Assembly: GCA_963794525.1 (NCBI GenBank)
Contig: CAWCEC010000003.1
Coordinates: forward strand, 124,003 to 188,002
Direction: 5' to 3'
Source of the DNA: an uncultured Chloroflexia bacterium
GTDB lineage: Bacteria > Chloroflexota > Limnocylindria > Limnocylindrales > CSP1-4
Length of the DNA: 64,000 bases
Part shown: positions 29,932 to 40,502 of the stretch, piece by piece
Numbering within the stretch: the first letter of the stretch is position 1
Layout: each line of letters begins with the position of its first letter
Made by a program: the position numbers and the translations under genes
The notes under the pieces: model-generated
Told to the model about the DNA's origin: nothing
Seen by the model: only the letters and a program-made list of their open reading frames with translations
The model's database searches: none

Positions 29932-29944
29932 CCGGGGAGGTGAA

Positions 29945-30118
29945 ATGCGCCGGATGAATTTCGCCCCGACCGCGCGGACGATCATCGTCGCCCTCCTCCT
30001 CATCGTCGTCGGGCTGCTTGGCACATACGGGACGGTGGTGCCCGACGCCGCCGGCATCATCGCGTTCCTTGCCGCGACCGTGCTCCTCTTGTTCGGGATG
30101 GTCGTCCGGTGGTTCTGA
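29945..30118 (+). CDS. small membrane protein (57 aa), missing from the ORF track
   Basis: ATG at 29945 preceded by GGAGGTG. Translates MRRMNFAPTARTIIVALLLIVVGLLGTYGTVVPDAAGIIAFLAATVLLLFGMVVRWF with no stops. Confidence 0.4.
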   Translation: MRRMNFAPTARTIIVALLLIVVGLLGTYGTVVPDAAGIIAFLAATVLLLFGMVVRWF

Positions 30119-30135
30119 GCCTCCGCGCCGATTCT

Positions 30136-31344
30136 TCAGGCTGACGCGGGCGCGACCTGCTTCAGGCGTCGCGAAACCGCCACGGTCGTCGCTGCAGCAA
30201 GCGCCATGACCACGACCCCGTAGCCAAGTGCCGTCGACCGCAACCCAAAGACCGACACGAGGGCCCCGGCGATGATCGTCGGCATGCTGAACGAGACGAA
30301 TACCACCACGTAGATGGCCGCGACGAGCGCACCGCGCTGCTCGGGGAGGGCCAGCGGGGACGTCGCTCGTACGAACGCCGAGAAGCCTCCGCCAAGGCCG
30401 ACACCCGCTACGACGCTGCCGCCATAGAGGAGTGCCGGATTCCCCAAGAGCACACCGAGCAGCGTCACAGCGACGCCGAGGATCACGATGGCAGAGCCTG
30501 AAACCAACAACCGATTCGCATCGACACGACGCAACAAGAACGAGGCGGCCGCACCCGTACCGCAGAGGGCGAAGATGATCAGTCCGCCAACGAGGCGGTC
30601 GGTCGTTCCCAGCGTCTCCATCGCAAGCGACGGGCCGAGTGCCAGGTACAGGCCGCCGAGCGCCCACATCCCGACGATCGCGGGCGTGGCCGCGACGAAG
30701 GCCGGCCGGACGGTGGCCGGCACCCCGATGCTCGGGCGCATCGAGGCCTGCCACCCGGGTCTGCGGCGGTCGCCTCCCGGAACGGTGACCAAGGTGACGA
30801 TCGCGATCAGATAGATGACCGCAAGGACCTGATAGACGAGGGACAACGGATCCGGTCCGTACTCCGCGAGGACAGCCGCGAACAAGGCTCCGCCGCCGAG
30901 ACCGAGCAAGGGCCCGGCGCCATTGACCACACTTCCGACTTGCGGGTCCGCTGGCGGCGACAGATCGAGCAGCCACGCGCTGACGGCGCCGGCGGCGAGC
31001 CCTATTCCCGCCCCGGTGAGGATGCGTGCCGCGAACAACAGCAGGACGTCGGTGGCCGCGATGAAGAGCAGCATCGCGAAGACCTCTGTCGCGAGCGCCG
31101 CAATGAGCACCGGCCGACGCCCGAGATGGTCGGAGAGTCGTCCTGTCGTGAGCAGCGTCGCGATGCCGCCCGCGGCATACGAGGCGTAGATGGCGGTCAG
31201 CGTCAGAGGCGAGAACCCCATCGTGACCTGGTACTCGCGGTACAGCGGCGATGGCGCGCTCGCGGCGAACAGCAGGAGCGCGAGAATGAGCGCGAGGAGC
31301 CAGAAGGCAGGGCCGCGTCCAAGAGAGAGAGCCCCTCGGTCCAT
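30136..31344 (-). CDS. MFS transporter
   Basis: 402 aa, 12 transmembrane segments, MFS motif GRLSDHLGRRPV. Confidence 0.85.
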   Translation of the reverse strand: MDRGALSLGRGPAFWLLALILALLLFAASAPSPLYREYQVTMGFSPLTLTAIYASYAAGGIATLLTTGRLSDHLGRRPVLIAALATEVFAMLLFIAATDVLLLFAARILTGAGIGLAAGAVSAWLLDLSPPADPQVGSVVNGAGPLLGLGGGALFAAVLAEYGPDPLSLVYQVLAVIYLIAIVTLVTVPGGDRRRPGWQASMRPSIGVPATVRPAFVAATPAIVGMWALGGLYLALGPSLAMETLGTTDRLVGGLIIFALCGTGAAASFLLRRVDANRLLVSGSAIVILGVAVTLLGVLLGNPALLYGGSVVAGVGLGGGFSAFVRATSPLALPEQRGALVAAIYVVVFVSFSMPTIIAGALVSVFGLRSTALGYGVVVMALAAATTVAVSRRLKQVAPASA

Positions 31345-31503
31345 CGCGCGCCTCCCGCGCCTACTTCACCACGCGGTAGCAGGTGCGTGGGATGGTCTTC
31401 TCTCACTAGAAGATAGAGGTCCACAATACGCCCTGCGCGTCGACGGCCGAAGCGCCCGAAGGATGCCTATGGGCCGTTGCGTGCGCCGCGTATCGTCAGC
31501 GAC

Positions 31504-31971
31504 ATGTCACAGACACCGGCGAAGCCTTTCCTTCCACCGCGGTGGTTCATCCGCGGCGCCTGGGCCCTCCATCGAGCGATCTATCGGGTCAGCGGAGGCC
31601 GCCTCGGCCTCGGACCGCCGACGGCGAAAACGTACGGAACGATGCGCCTCCACACGATCGGCCGACGGAGTCGGAAGCCGCGCGAGGCGATCCTCGGCTA
31701 CTTCGAGGACGGCCCGAACCTGTACACGCTCGCGATGAACGGGTGGGGCGAGCCAGAACCGGCATGGTGGCTCAACCTCCAGGCGAATCCCGACGTGACG
31801 ATCGATCTGGTCGACGGTCCGCGCCGATTCCGTGCACATGAGGCGACGGGCGACGAGCGCGCCCGCCTGTGGGCCGCCATGGCGGGGGTCGAGACGAACC
31901 TTGATGCGTACGCAACGCGTCGGCCGAAGGGGACCGCCCTGGTCGTGTTCGAGCCACGCCCGGACCGGTAG
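31504..31971 (+). CDS. deazaflavin (F420)-dependent nitroreductase-family protein (DUF385)
   Basis: Core motif YRVSGGRLG and LTTIGRRSGKPR-like IGRRSRKPREAILGYFEDG. Start taken at MSQTPAKP. Confidence 0.7.
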   Translation: MSQTPAKPFLPPRWFIRGAWALHRAIYRVSGGRLGLGPPTAKTYGTMRLHTIGRRSRKPREAILGYFEDGPNLYTLAMNGWGEPEPAWWLNLQANPDVTIDLVDGPRRFRAHEATGDERARLWAAMAGVETNLDAYATRRPKGTALVVFEPRPDR

Positions 31972-33482
31972 TGGCCGAGACCGGCAGCGCGCACCCCGCT
32001 CCGCGGCTCGCACCGACCGTCGCCGCACTCCTAACGTTCATCGCCACGGCGAGCGTGCTCGTCCTCGAGATCGCCGCCGGGCGGCTCCTGGCGCCGTACG
32101 TTGGCGTTTCGCTCACCACCTACACCGGAATCATCGGCGCGATCCTGGCCGGGATCGCGCTGGGCGCCTGGCTCGGTGGACGGGCCGCAGATATCGTCGG
32201 TCCGCTCCCGCTTCTCGGGCCGGCGTTCGTCCTTGGTGGGCTCAGCGCGATCGCCGCGGTGCCGATCGTCGGGGTGTTCGGCGGCGTCGGGCTGGGGGAG
32301 GGGTTGGCCGGGATCGTCATCCTCGCGACGACCGCGTTCGTGCTGCCGGCCGCCATCCTCTCTGCGACGGCGCCGATGCTCGTGCGCGCCACGCTGACCG
32401 ATGTCGCGACCAGCGGCTCGATCGTCGGGCGGCTCTCGGCCGTCGGGACGGTGGGCGCCATCACGGGCACGTTCCTGACGGGCTTCGTGCTGCTCGGGCT
32501 GTTCCCGACCCGCGTCCTGATCGTGGCGATCGGCATCGGGCTGGCCGCCATCGGGGTCGTCCTAAGCCTGTGGCTACGGCGAGGCGGTCGAGGATCGGCG
32601 GCGTTGGCGGTCGGCGCGGTCCTGCTGACCGGCGGGCTCGCCGTTGCCCAGCCGTCCCCGTGTGACACGGAGAGTGCCTACTACTGCATCGCCATCGAGC
32701 GCGACTTCACCGACCCGAACATCCGCGTCCTCGTGCTCGATCGACTGACCCACGCGGCCGTCGACCTGGGCGACCCGACCCACCTCGAGTTCGGCTACGT
32801 GCGCCGGTTCGCTGATGCGACGGCACCGCTCCGGGCCGGGCTCGGCGCGTCACCCGACGTCCTGCACATCGGCGGCGGCGGGTTCACGTTCCCGCGCTAC
32901 ATCGAGGCCATGCATCCTGAGGCACGGCAGACCGTCCTGGAACTCGATCCACGGATCTACGAGATCGCGCAGTCGGAGCTCGGGTACGTGCCGGGCGACC
33001 GTATCGACGTGCGTCTGGGCGACGCGCGCCAGTCCATCCGCGCGCTTCCGTCCGAGGCGTTCGACATCGTGATGGGCGACGCCTTCGGCGGGCTCGCCGT
33101 GCCGTGGCATCTCACGACCCGCGAGATGCTCGACGAGGTCGCGCGGGTGCTCCGGCCTGATGGCGCCTACGTCGTGAACCTCATCGACTACCCGCCGCTC
33201 AGATTCGTCCGGGCCGAGGCGGCGACAGCGGCGACCGTGTTCTCGAACGTCGCGGTCATCGCCGATCGCGAGACGATCGCCGGCGAGGGCGGTGGCAACG
33301 TCGTGCTGGTCGCCAGCGACGAGCTGCTCGACAGGGCAGGGGTGGAGGCCGCCATCGAGACCTGGGGCGAGGGGGAGACGACCGCCATCCTCTCTGCCCC
33401 TGACGAGGTGACGGGGTTCATCGGGTCGTCATTCACCCTCACGGACGACTTCGCGCCGGTGGACCAGCTCCTAGGGCGTTAG
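31971..33482 (+). CDS. spermidine-synthase-like polyamine aminopropyltransferase fused to an N-terminal multi-pass membrane domain
   Basis: Transmembrane-rich N-terminal half. The C-terminal half has VLHIGGGGFTFPRY and DIVMGDAFGGLAVPWHLTTREMLDEV. Confidence 0.75.
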   Translation: MAETGSAHPAPRLAPTVAALLTFIATASVLVLEIAAGRLLAPYVGVSLTTYTGIIGAILAGIALGAWLGGRAADIVGPLPLLGPAFVLGGLSAIAAVPIVGVFGGVGLGEGLAGIVILATTAFVLPAAILSATAPMLVRATLTDVATSGSIVGRLSAVGTVGAITGTFLTGFVLLGLFPTRVLIVAIGIGLAAIGVVLSLWLRRGGRGSAALAVGAVLLTGGLAVAQPSPCDTESAYYCIAIERDFTDPNIRVLVLDRLTHAAVDLGDPTHLEFGYVRRFADATAPLRAGLGASPDVLHIGGGGFTFPRYIEAMHPEARQTVLELDPRIYEIAQSELGYVPGDRIDVRLGDARQSIRALPSEAFDIVMGDAFGGLAVPWHLTTREMLDEVARVLRPDGAYVVNLIDYPPLRFVRAEAATAATVFSNVAVIADRETIAGEGGGNVVLVASDELLDRAGVEAAIETWGEGETTAILSAPDEVTGFIGSSFTLTDDFAPVDQLLGR

Positions 33483-33505
33483 TCGCTTGACGTTGACGAA
33501 TGTGT

Positions 33506-33522
33506 TGATAGCATTGCTATCA
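33506..33522. promoter_or_regulatory. perfect 8-1-8 palindrome TGATAGCA-T-TGCTATCA ending 3 nt before the vapB ATG, in an AT-rich promoter-like stretch; candidate VapB autoregulatory operator
   Basis: Inverted repeat read directly from the sequence; position is typical of toxin-antitoxin autoregulation. Confidence 0.5.
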
Positions 33523-33524
33523 CC

Positions 33525-33773
33525 ATGTCAGAGACCGTCAGCAAGCGCCAGCTCATCGTCCGTGACATCCCATCGGAGGTGGTTGCGGCGCTGAAACGAC
33601 GCGCGTTGCGACACGGTCGGTCTGCTGAAGCCGAGCACCGGGTGATCCTGCGAGAGGCGCTCGAGTCGGACATACAGGGAGCATCGTTCAAGGCCGCCCT
33701 CGCTTCCATGCCCGATGTCGGCCGTGATGATGACTTCTTGGTGGATCGCGATCTCCCACGCTCGATGCCGTGA
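33525..33773 (+). CDS. vapB: type II antitoxin, VapB/FitA-like
   Basis: 82 aa. N-terminal IVRDIPSEVVAALKRRALRHGRSAEAEHRVILREAL is a FitA-like DNA-binding fold. Overlaps the PIN toxin gene by 4 bp. Confidence 0.7.
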   Translation: MSETVSKRQLIVRDIPSEVVAALKRRALRHGRSAEAEHRVILREALESDIQGASFKAALASMPDVGRDDDFLVDRDLPRSMP

Positions 33774-34192
33774 GCTGGCTGATCGATACGAACGTGCTCT
33801 CCGAACTCCGAAAGGGAGAGCGCGCTGACGAGGGGACCCGGGCGTGGTTCGCGACGACCGACGACGAGGACCTGTACACGAGCGTGCTGGTGCTCGGAGA
33901 GATCCGTCGGGGGATCGAGTCGATACGTCGACGCGACGCGGCCTCGGCGTTGGCTCTGGAACACTGGCTCGTACGCGTGGCGACTGGGTTCGGGGAGCGG
34001 ATCCTTCCGGTCGACGTCCGCGTAGCCGACCGCTGGGGCGCGCTCAACGTGCCGAACACCGTCCCCACCGTGGACGGTCTACTGGCGGCAACGGCCCTCG
34101 TCCACGATCTCGTGTTGGTGACGCGGAACATCCGCGATGTGGCCGCCACCGGTGTCGAGGTGCTCGACCCCTCGGACGGTCCGAGCGCGTGA
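33770..34192 (+). CDS. vapC: type II toxin, PIN-domain ribonuclease VapC/FitB-like
   Basis: PIN acidic residues in WLIDTNVLSE, LGEIRRGI and LVTRNIRDV. Confidence 0.85.
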   Translation: MSWLIDTNVLSELRKGERADEGTRAWFATTDDEDLYTSVLVLGEIRRGIESIRRRDAASALALEHWLVRVATGFGERILPVDVRVADRWGALNVPNTVPTVDGLLAATALVHDLVLVTRNIRDVAATGVEVLDPSDGPSA

Positions 34193-34262
34193 CGCTACCG
34201 TGATCGGGTCGAGACCTCGGTCATAGAGTCGCTGCCGACTGAGGCGGCATGATATCCGGGCC

Positions 34263-37088
34263 GTGCCGACACTGACCCACGAACAGATCCGGACGCTGGC
34301 GCCCGATGCGGCTGCTGCGCGCTCGGGTGAGGCGCTCGCCGATCGTCGTCGATGGGATTCGGCGGGCCGATCCGATGTGGCCGCCTGGGGCCTCTGCAAG
34401 GGCAGCGGCGCCAACCCGTACCAGGTGGCCGTCGACATCGCCGGTCCGGCCTACAAATGCTCGTGCCCATCTCGCAAGATCCCCTGCAAACACGCGCTGG
34501 GCCTGCTGTTCCTCGTCGCCGACGGCGGTGCCCCGACCGCCGATCCGCCTGACTGGGCACAGGCCTGGCTGGACAGCCGGGCCAGTCGGGCTGCCGCCGC
34601 CGCGACCCGGGCAGAACGGCCGACCGAGATCGACCCCGAAGCGCGCGCCAAACGGATCGCGACACGCGAACGGAAGGTCGCGGCTGGGATCGACGAGCTC
34701 GACCGGTGGCTGCGTGACCTGATGCGGCGCGGCCTGGATAGCACCCGGGGGGAGGGCTATCGCTTCTGGGACGCGATGGGCGCCCGGCTCGTGGACGCGC
34801 AGGCGGGCGGACTGGGACGGTCGGTGCGCGGCCTTGGATCCGCCGCCAACTCGGGCGATGCCTGGCCACATCTGCTGCTCGAGGGCGCCGGGCGCCTGCA
34901 TCTCCTTTCGGAGGCGTATCGACGCGCGGATCAACTCCCCGATGACCTCCGGGCAGACGTGCGCGCGCTGGTCGGCTGGAACGTGAAGGAGGATGAGCTC
35001 GACCCCGCCGATGCCGTCGAGGACAGGTGGCTGGTCATCGGGCAGCGCATCGATGACCGCGGCGACATCGTGACCGCCAGGACGTTCCTTCTCGGGCAGA
35101 CGTCGGGACGGATCGCGCTCCACCTCGCCTTTGGCGTCGGGGCCGCGCCGCCGACGCTCCTGGCCATCCCCGGCCAGGCGTTTCGGGCGACCCTGACCTT
35201 CTATCCGTCATCCACGCCGCTGCGGGCTGCCGTCCGACCACCGATCGAACCCGATGGCGACATCACCGGCGTTCCGGGCGCCCTGCCGCTCGCCAAGGTC
35301 GTCGACGAACACGCCGCCCGCCTCGCACGCAACCCGTTCACCGGGTCCTGGCCGGTCGTGATCGGCGAGGTCGTGCCGGTGCTAGTTGGCGATCGGCTGC
35401 TCGTGCGCGATGTCGACGGGACGGCCCTTCCGCTCCTGACCCCCGACGTCGCGCCGCGCCTCTTCGCCGTGTCGGGAGGCCACGCGGTCACCCTCGTTGC
35501 CGAGTGGGACGGCAACTGGCTTCGTCCCCTCGCGGCACACGCCGATGGACACCTCGCGTCCGTCACGACTGACGGGGAGGGCCTCGAAGCGAAGGTCGAC
35601 GACCCCGAATGGTCGGCGCTCGTCTCGGCGGCCCTCCTGGGAACGGAGCGAACCGGAGGGAGCGCCCCGATTCCAGCGACCGTGGCCGGTCTGGTCGCGG
35701 GTGCCGATACGGAGCAGGCGATCCTTGTCGCGGCCGGGTCGATGGCCGTCCGGCGGCGCGCAGGTCGAACCACGACGCTTGACGAGACGCCGAGCCCGCA
35801 ACCGGCCGAACCCGACCCGCGCCCGCAGCTCACGGGCGCGGCCGCAAGATACGTCGCCCTCGCCTTCGACGAACGACCGTCGTTGGCGCCCGAGCTCCTC
35901 GACCTCGTGCGTGCGACCGGTCGTCGCCTGCCTGACGAATGGCTCCCGAACCTCATGATGCTCGCCAGGCGGAGCGACGACGCCGCGGCCTATGTCGAGC
36001 TCGGTGGGACGCGAGCGGCCTGGCTCGCTCGGACCTTTTCGGAGCTTGCCGGGGATGTGTGGTGGGGGACGGGGGAGGACTGGGACGAAGCCTGGGCGGC
36101 AACAGAGACCGGGGCAGCCAAGGCTGCGGTGGTTCGCCGCACTCGTCGGTCGGACCTGCCTCGCGCCCGAGCGGCGCTGGCGACGTGGTGGGCATCGATC
36201 CCTTCTCCCGAGCGGGCGCGTGTGCTCGAAGCGGTCGAAGTGGGCATCGAACCGGCGGACGAACCGTTCCTCACTGATGCACTCACCGATCGACGGGCCG
36301 ACGTGCGCACGACCGCAGCTGGTCTCCTCGTGCTACTCCCGGATTCTGCGCTGACCCGTCGCATCGAGGACGAAGCGAAGCCACTCCTCGCGGCCGGCGG
36401 CCTGGTCCGCAAGAGTCTCAAGGTCACCCTGCCGTCGCCGTCGGAGGAGCTCGCGGCGATGGGGTTCGCCGGCCGACCCGAGGCTGGCTACGGCGAGCGC
36501 GCCTGGCTCCTGCGCTCGCTCCTCGCCCATGTCCGCCCGGGACGATGGAACGAGTGGCTCCGGGTCGATCCGCCGGGCCTCGTCGACCAGGCGTCACGAT
36601 CAGACGAAGCTCGCCCCCTGCTCGAGGGCTGGATCGTGGCAACAGCCCGCTTCGGCGATCCTGCTTGGGCGACGGCCATCCTCAGCAACCCGGCCGTTCC
36701 GAGCAAGGTCTTGACCGACATTGGTCATGTGCTGGACGGTCTGTCGTCGAGGGATCGCGACGCCACGGTGGCCGCCTCCGCCGCTGCCCTGCATCCTCCG
36801 GTGCTCGCAGCGCTCGCCGCGTCGATCCCGGCTCCCTGGCCGACGCCGCTCGCCGACGCGGTGCTCGATGTCGCCGAGCTGGTCGGTCGAGAGCAATTCC
36901 CGGGACCCGGCCTGTACGAGCTCGTACGCGCCGCCGCACTCCGCCTGCAGCCCGACCGAGTGGACGACCTGACCAAGGTTGCGTCATACAAGGACGAGCT
37001 CCGTCCGGCGCTCACCGACGTGGTCGAGACCATCCGTCTTCGCGCCCGCGTCCACGAAGCCTTCGCGTCCGTGACACCGCCAGCCTGA
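34263..37088 (+). CDS. SWIM zinc-finger family protein (large; DUF5691-like C-terminal region)
   Basis: SWIM CxCx(n)CxH signature YKCSCPSRKIPCKHALGLLF near the N-terminus. 941 aa. First gene of the SWIM / MoxR / DUF5682 / VWA operon. Confidence 0.75.
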   Translation: MPTLTHEQIRTLAPDAAAARSGEALADRRRWDSAGRSDVAAWGLCKGSGANPYQVAVDIAGPAYKCSCPSRKIPCKHALGLLFLVADGGAPTADPPDWAQAWLDSRASRAAAAATRAERPTEIDPEARAKRIATRERKVAAGIDELDRWLRDLMRRGLDSTRGEGYRFWDAMGARLVDAQAGGLGRSVRGLGSAANSGDAWPHLLLEGAGRLHLLSEAYRRADQLPDDLRADVRALVGWNVKEDELDPADAVEDRWLVIGQRIDDRGDIVTARTFLLGQTSGRIALHLAFGVGAAPPTLLAIPGQAFRATLTFYPSSTPLRAAVRPPIEPDGDITGVPGALPLAKVVDEHAARLARNPFTGSWPVVIGEVVPVLVGDRLLVRDVDGTALPLLTPDVAPRLFAVSGGHAVTLVAEWDGNWLRPLAAHADGHLASVTTDGEGLEAKVDDPEWSALVSAALLGTERTGGSAPIPATVAGLVAGADTEQAILVAAGSMAVRRRAGRTTTLDETPSPQPAEPDPRPQLTGAAARYVALAFDERPSLAPELLDLVRATGRRLPDEWLPNLMMLARRSDDAAAYVELGGTRAAWLARTFSELAGDVWWGTGEDWDEAWAATETGAAKAAVVRRTRRSDLPRARAALATWWASIPSPERARVLEAVEVGIEPADEPFLTDALTDRRADVRTTAAGLLVLLPDSALTRRIEDEAKPLLAAGGLVRKSLKVTLPSPSEELAAMGFAGRPEAGYGERAWLLRSLLAHVRPGRWNEWLRVDPPGLVDQASRSDEARPLLEGWIVATARFGDPAWATAILSNPAVPSKVLTDIGHVLDGLSSRDRDATVAASAAALHPPVLAALAASIPAPWPTPLADAVLDVAELVGREQFPGPGLYELVRAAALRLQPDRVDDLTKVASYKDELRPALTDVVETIRLRARVHEAFASVTPPA

Positions 37089-38197
37089 TGGGAGACCCGA
37101 TGACCGCGACACCGCCAGCCGTCCTGCGCGCCCACGCCGAGCAGGCCAGGGCCGACGAACTCGAGGCCCTCGCCCGTCTCGACGAGAAGCAGCGCCCGCC
37201 CGGGTGGCGTCTCTCGCCCTGGGCGGTCGTGACGTTCGTCATGGGCGGCAAGCTCAAAGACGGCACCAACGTCACGCCCAAATACATCGGGGACCGACGT
37301 CTGGTGGAGATCGCCGTGGCCACGCTCGCCACGGACCGCGCCTTGCTCCTCCTCGGCGTGCCCGGAACCGCCAAGAGCTGGCTGTCCGAACACCTGGCCG
37401 CCGCGATCAGCGGCGACTCGACGCTGCTCGTGCAGGGGACCGCCGGCACGGGCGAGGAGGCGATCCGCTTCGGCTGGAACTACGCGCGGCTTCTGGCCGA
37501 TGGCCCATCGCGGGCCGCTCTCGTCCCAAGCCCGGTGATGGTCGGCATGGCCGCGGGCAAACAGGTGCGCATCGAGGAGCTGACCAGGATCCCCGCGGAC
37601 GTCCAGGACGCCCTGATCACGATCCTGTCCGAGAAGTCCCTGCCGATCGCTGAGCTCGGCGAGGAGGTCCAGGCGGTCAATGGCTTCAATGTGATCGCCA
37701 CCGCGAACAACCGCGACAGAGGCGTCAACGAGCTCTCGTCCGCGCTACGACGGCGCTTCAACACCGTGGTGCTGCCGCTGCCGGCGTCGGTCGAGCAGGA
37801 GGTCGAGATCGTCCAGCAGCGGGTGGGGGAGATGGGTCGCGCGCTCGATCTCCCTGCCGAGCCGCCGGCGCTCGAGGAGATCCGCCGAATCGTCACGATC
37901 TTCCGCGAGCTTCGCTCGGGTCAGACGGAGGACGGCAAGAACAAGCTCAAGGTCCCGTCGGCGACGCTGTCGACAGCCGAGGCGATCGCGGTCGTCAACC
38001 AGGGTCTCTCGCTGGCGGCGCATTTCGGCGAGGGACGGCTCAAGCCACGCGACGTCGCCGCTGGCCTGACGGGCGCGATCATCCGCGATCCAGTCCAGGA
38101 CGCAGCCGTGTGGCGCGAGTACCTCGAGACCGTGATGAAGGAACGTGACGGCGGCTGGCGCGAGCTGTACAAGGCCTGCCGCGAGGAAGCCGAATAG
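37088..38197 (+). CDS. MoxR-like AAA+ ATPase
   Basis: Walker A GVPGTAKS, Walker B region and arginine finger context (IATANNRD, ALRRRF). The start overlaps the SWIM gene stop (TGATG). Confidence 0.85.
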   Translation: MGDPMTATPPAVLRAHAEQARADELEALARLDEKQRPPGWRLSPWAVVTFVMGGKLKDGTNVTPKYIGDRRLVEIAVATLATDRALLLLGVPGTAKSWLSEHLAAAISGDSTLLVQGTAGTGEEAIRFGWNYARLLADGPSRAALVPSPVMVGMAAGKQVRIEELTRIPADVQDALITILSEKSLPIAELGEEVQAVNGFNVIATANNRDRGVNELSSALRRRFNTVVLPLPASVEQEVEIVQQRVGEMGRALDLPAEPPALEEIRRIVTIFRELRSGQTEDGKNKLKVPSATLSTAEAIAVVNQGLSLAAHFGEGRLKPRDVAAGLTGAIIRDPVQDAAVWREYLETVMKERDGGWRELYKACREEAE

Positions 38198-38213
38198 GCG
38201 CGGCGGCGCAACC

Positions 38214-40502
38214 GTGACCACGATCCTCGGCATCCGCCACCACGGCCCGGGTTCGGCGCGGAGCGTGCTGGCCGAGCTCGAGCGGCTGCAACCGGACGCC
38301 CTGCTCGTCGAGGGACCGTCGGACGCGTCCGGCCTGATCGACCTGATCGCGGATCCGGGGATGCGGCCACCCGTCGCGCTCCTCATCTACGCGCCCGACG
38401 AACCGCGCGTCGCGACGTTCTACCCGATGGCCGAGTTCAGTCCGGAATGGGTGGCCCTGCGCTGGGCGCTGGAGCATGGCATCCCGGCACGGTTCATCGA
38501 TCTCGCCGCTGGCGCCCAGTTCGCCGTTGAGAAGGCCAGGTTCCAGCAACGGATGGCCGAGGCCGCGAAGGCCGCCGAAGCGACCGACGCCGACGACGGC
38601 GGGGCAGGGGAGGGAGAGGACGCCCCCGACACCCCGGACACCCCGGACGCCGAGGAGATCCGCCACGACCCACTCAACGAGCTCGCCCAAGCCGCTGGTG
38701 AGGAGGATGGAGAACGCTTCTGGGATCGCCTCGTCGAGTCGCGACGCGAACCCGGCGACCTGTTCGCCGCCGTCTCCGAAGCGATGACCGCCGTGCGCGA
38801 CGCACTGCCGGAAGGAGAGAGCCTGACCCTCCAGCGCGAGGCCGCGATGCGACGCGGCATCCGGCAAGCCGCCAAGGACGGCTTCGAAAACGTCGCCGTC
38901 GTATGCGGGGCGTGGCACGCGCCCGCCCTCGAGAAGCTGCCGCCCGCCGCCCAGGACGACCGGATCCTCCGCGCCCTGCCCAAGGCCATGAAGACCGCGG
39001 CGGCCTGGGTGCCCTGGACGTTCGACCGGTTGGCCGCCGAGTCGGGCTACGGCGCCGGTGTCGAGTCGCCGGGCTGGTACGCCCACCTGTGGTCGGGTAC
39101 GGAACCGCTCGCCGTCTCGTGGATGGCCAAAGTCGCCGCGCTCTTCCGCGAGGAGGGCCTCGATGCCTCCGCGGCGCACCTGGTCGAAGCCGTCCGCCTC
39201 GCCGAGACCCTCGCCGCGATGCGCGGCCGGGCCGTGCCGTCCCTGTCCGAGCTCAACGAGGCCGTGCGCGCGTGCCTCGCCATGGGTTCCGACCTGCCGC
39301 TCAAGCTCGTGCGCGACCGCCTGATCGTGGGCCAGGTCATGGGCGAGACACCGCCCGACGCCCCGGTGGCACCGCTCGCCGCCGACCTCGAGCAGCTGAC
39401 CCGCCGACTCCGCATGCGGCCGGAGCCCGGTGAGAAGACCATCGACCTGGACCTCCGGTCGGACACCGATCGCGCGCGGAGCCACCTCCTGCATCGACTC
39501 GGGATCCTCGGCGTCCACTGGGGCCATACGCAGGAGGTCCGCGGCAAGAGCGGCACGTTCCACGAGGTCTGGGCGCTCGCCTGGCAGCCCGAGTTCGTGA
39601 TCGACCTGGTCGCGGCCAGCCGCTTCGGCAACACGATCGAGGAAGCGGCGTCGAACTCGTCGATCGAAGCCGCCAACGCCGCCGACGAGCTGCCCGCGCT
39701 GACCTCGCTGATCGAGGCGGTGCTCCTCGCCGAGCTTCCGAAGGCGATCGAGCTCGTCGTCGACCGGATCGGCGATGTGGCGGCGGTCGGTGCGGACGTG
39801 CCCGCCCTCATGGACGCCCTCCCGCCGCTTGCCCGGGTCCTGCGCTACGGCAACGTCCGGGGCACGGACGCGACTGCCGTGTCCACGGTCGTCGACGGGC
39901 TCGTCGCCCGCGTCTGCATCGGGCTCTCGAGCGCGGCCGCCTCGCTCGACGACGATGCGGCCGCGACCTTCGCAAGCCAGATCGACGGGGTCCACGGCGC
40001 CATCGCCCTGCTCGACGATGCCGACGACCGAGCAGCCTGGCGCGAGTCCTTGCTTCGCCTGATCGACCAGGAGGGCCTCCATGGCCTTGTCGCCGGACGG
40101 GCGACCCGCCTCCTCCTCGACGAAGGCGTCATCGACAGCGCCGACGCGGCTCGCCGGATGCGCCTCGCCCTCTCGCCTGGCGCGGATCCGGCCGTCGGCG
40201 CGGGCTGGGTCGAAGGCTTCCTCCGTGACAGCGGCACGATCCTGCTCCACGACCAGGACCTGTTCGACACCATCGACCGCTGGGTCACGGATATGCCCCA
40301 GGACGCCTTCGACAACGTGCTGCCGCTGCTGCGCCGGACGATCGCGACCTTCAGCGTCCCGGAGCGGAGGTCGATCGGTGAGCGGATCCTGGCCGGTCGA
40401 CGCGATCGCGCCGCGGCGGCGTCGGCCGGGATAGACGAGGAACGGGCCGATCTCGTCATGCCGATCCTCGCCCGGATCCTGGGCGTCGAGGAGCGGCGAT
40501 GA
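38214..40502 (+). CDS. DUF5682-family protein (partner of MoxR/VWA; function unknown)
   Basis: GTG start after the AAA stop. About 760 aa with no recognised catalytic motif. Confidence 0.6.
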   Translation: MTTILGIRHHGPGSARSVLAELERLQPDALLVEGPSDASGLIDLIADPGMRPPVALLIYAPDEPRVATFYPMAEFSPEWVALRWALEHGIPARFIDLAAGAQFAVEKARFQQRMAEAAKAAEATDADDGGAGEGEDAPDTPDTPDAEEIRHDPLNELAQAAGEEDGERFWDRLVESRREPGDLFAAVSEAMTAVRDALPEGESLTLQREAAMRRGIRQAAKDGFENVAVVCGAWHAPALEKLPPAAQDDRILRALPKAMKTAAAWVPWTFDRLAAESGYGAGVESPGWYAHLWSGTEPLAVSWMAKVAALFREEGLDASAAHLVEAVRLAETLAAMRGRAVPSLSELNEAVRACLAMGSDLPLKLVRDRLIVGQVMGETPPDAPVAPLAADLEQLTRRLRMRPEPGEKTIDLDLRSDTDRARSHLLHRLGILGVHWGHTQEVRGKSGTFHEVWALAWQPEFVIDLVAASRFGNTIEEAASNSSIEAANAADELPALTSLIEAVLLAELPKAIELVVDRIGDVAAVGADVPALMDALPPLARVLRYGNVRGTDATAVSTVVDGLVARVCIGLSSAAASLDDDAAATFASQIDGVHGAIALLDDADDRAAWRESLLRLIDQEGLHGLVAGRATRLLLDEGVIDSADAARRMRLALSPGADPAVGAGWVEGFLRDSGTILLHDQDLFDTIDRWVTDMPQDAFDNVLPLLRRTIATFSVPERRSIGERILAGRRDRAAAASAGIDEERADLVMPILARILGVEERR

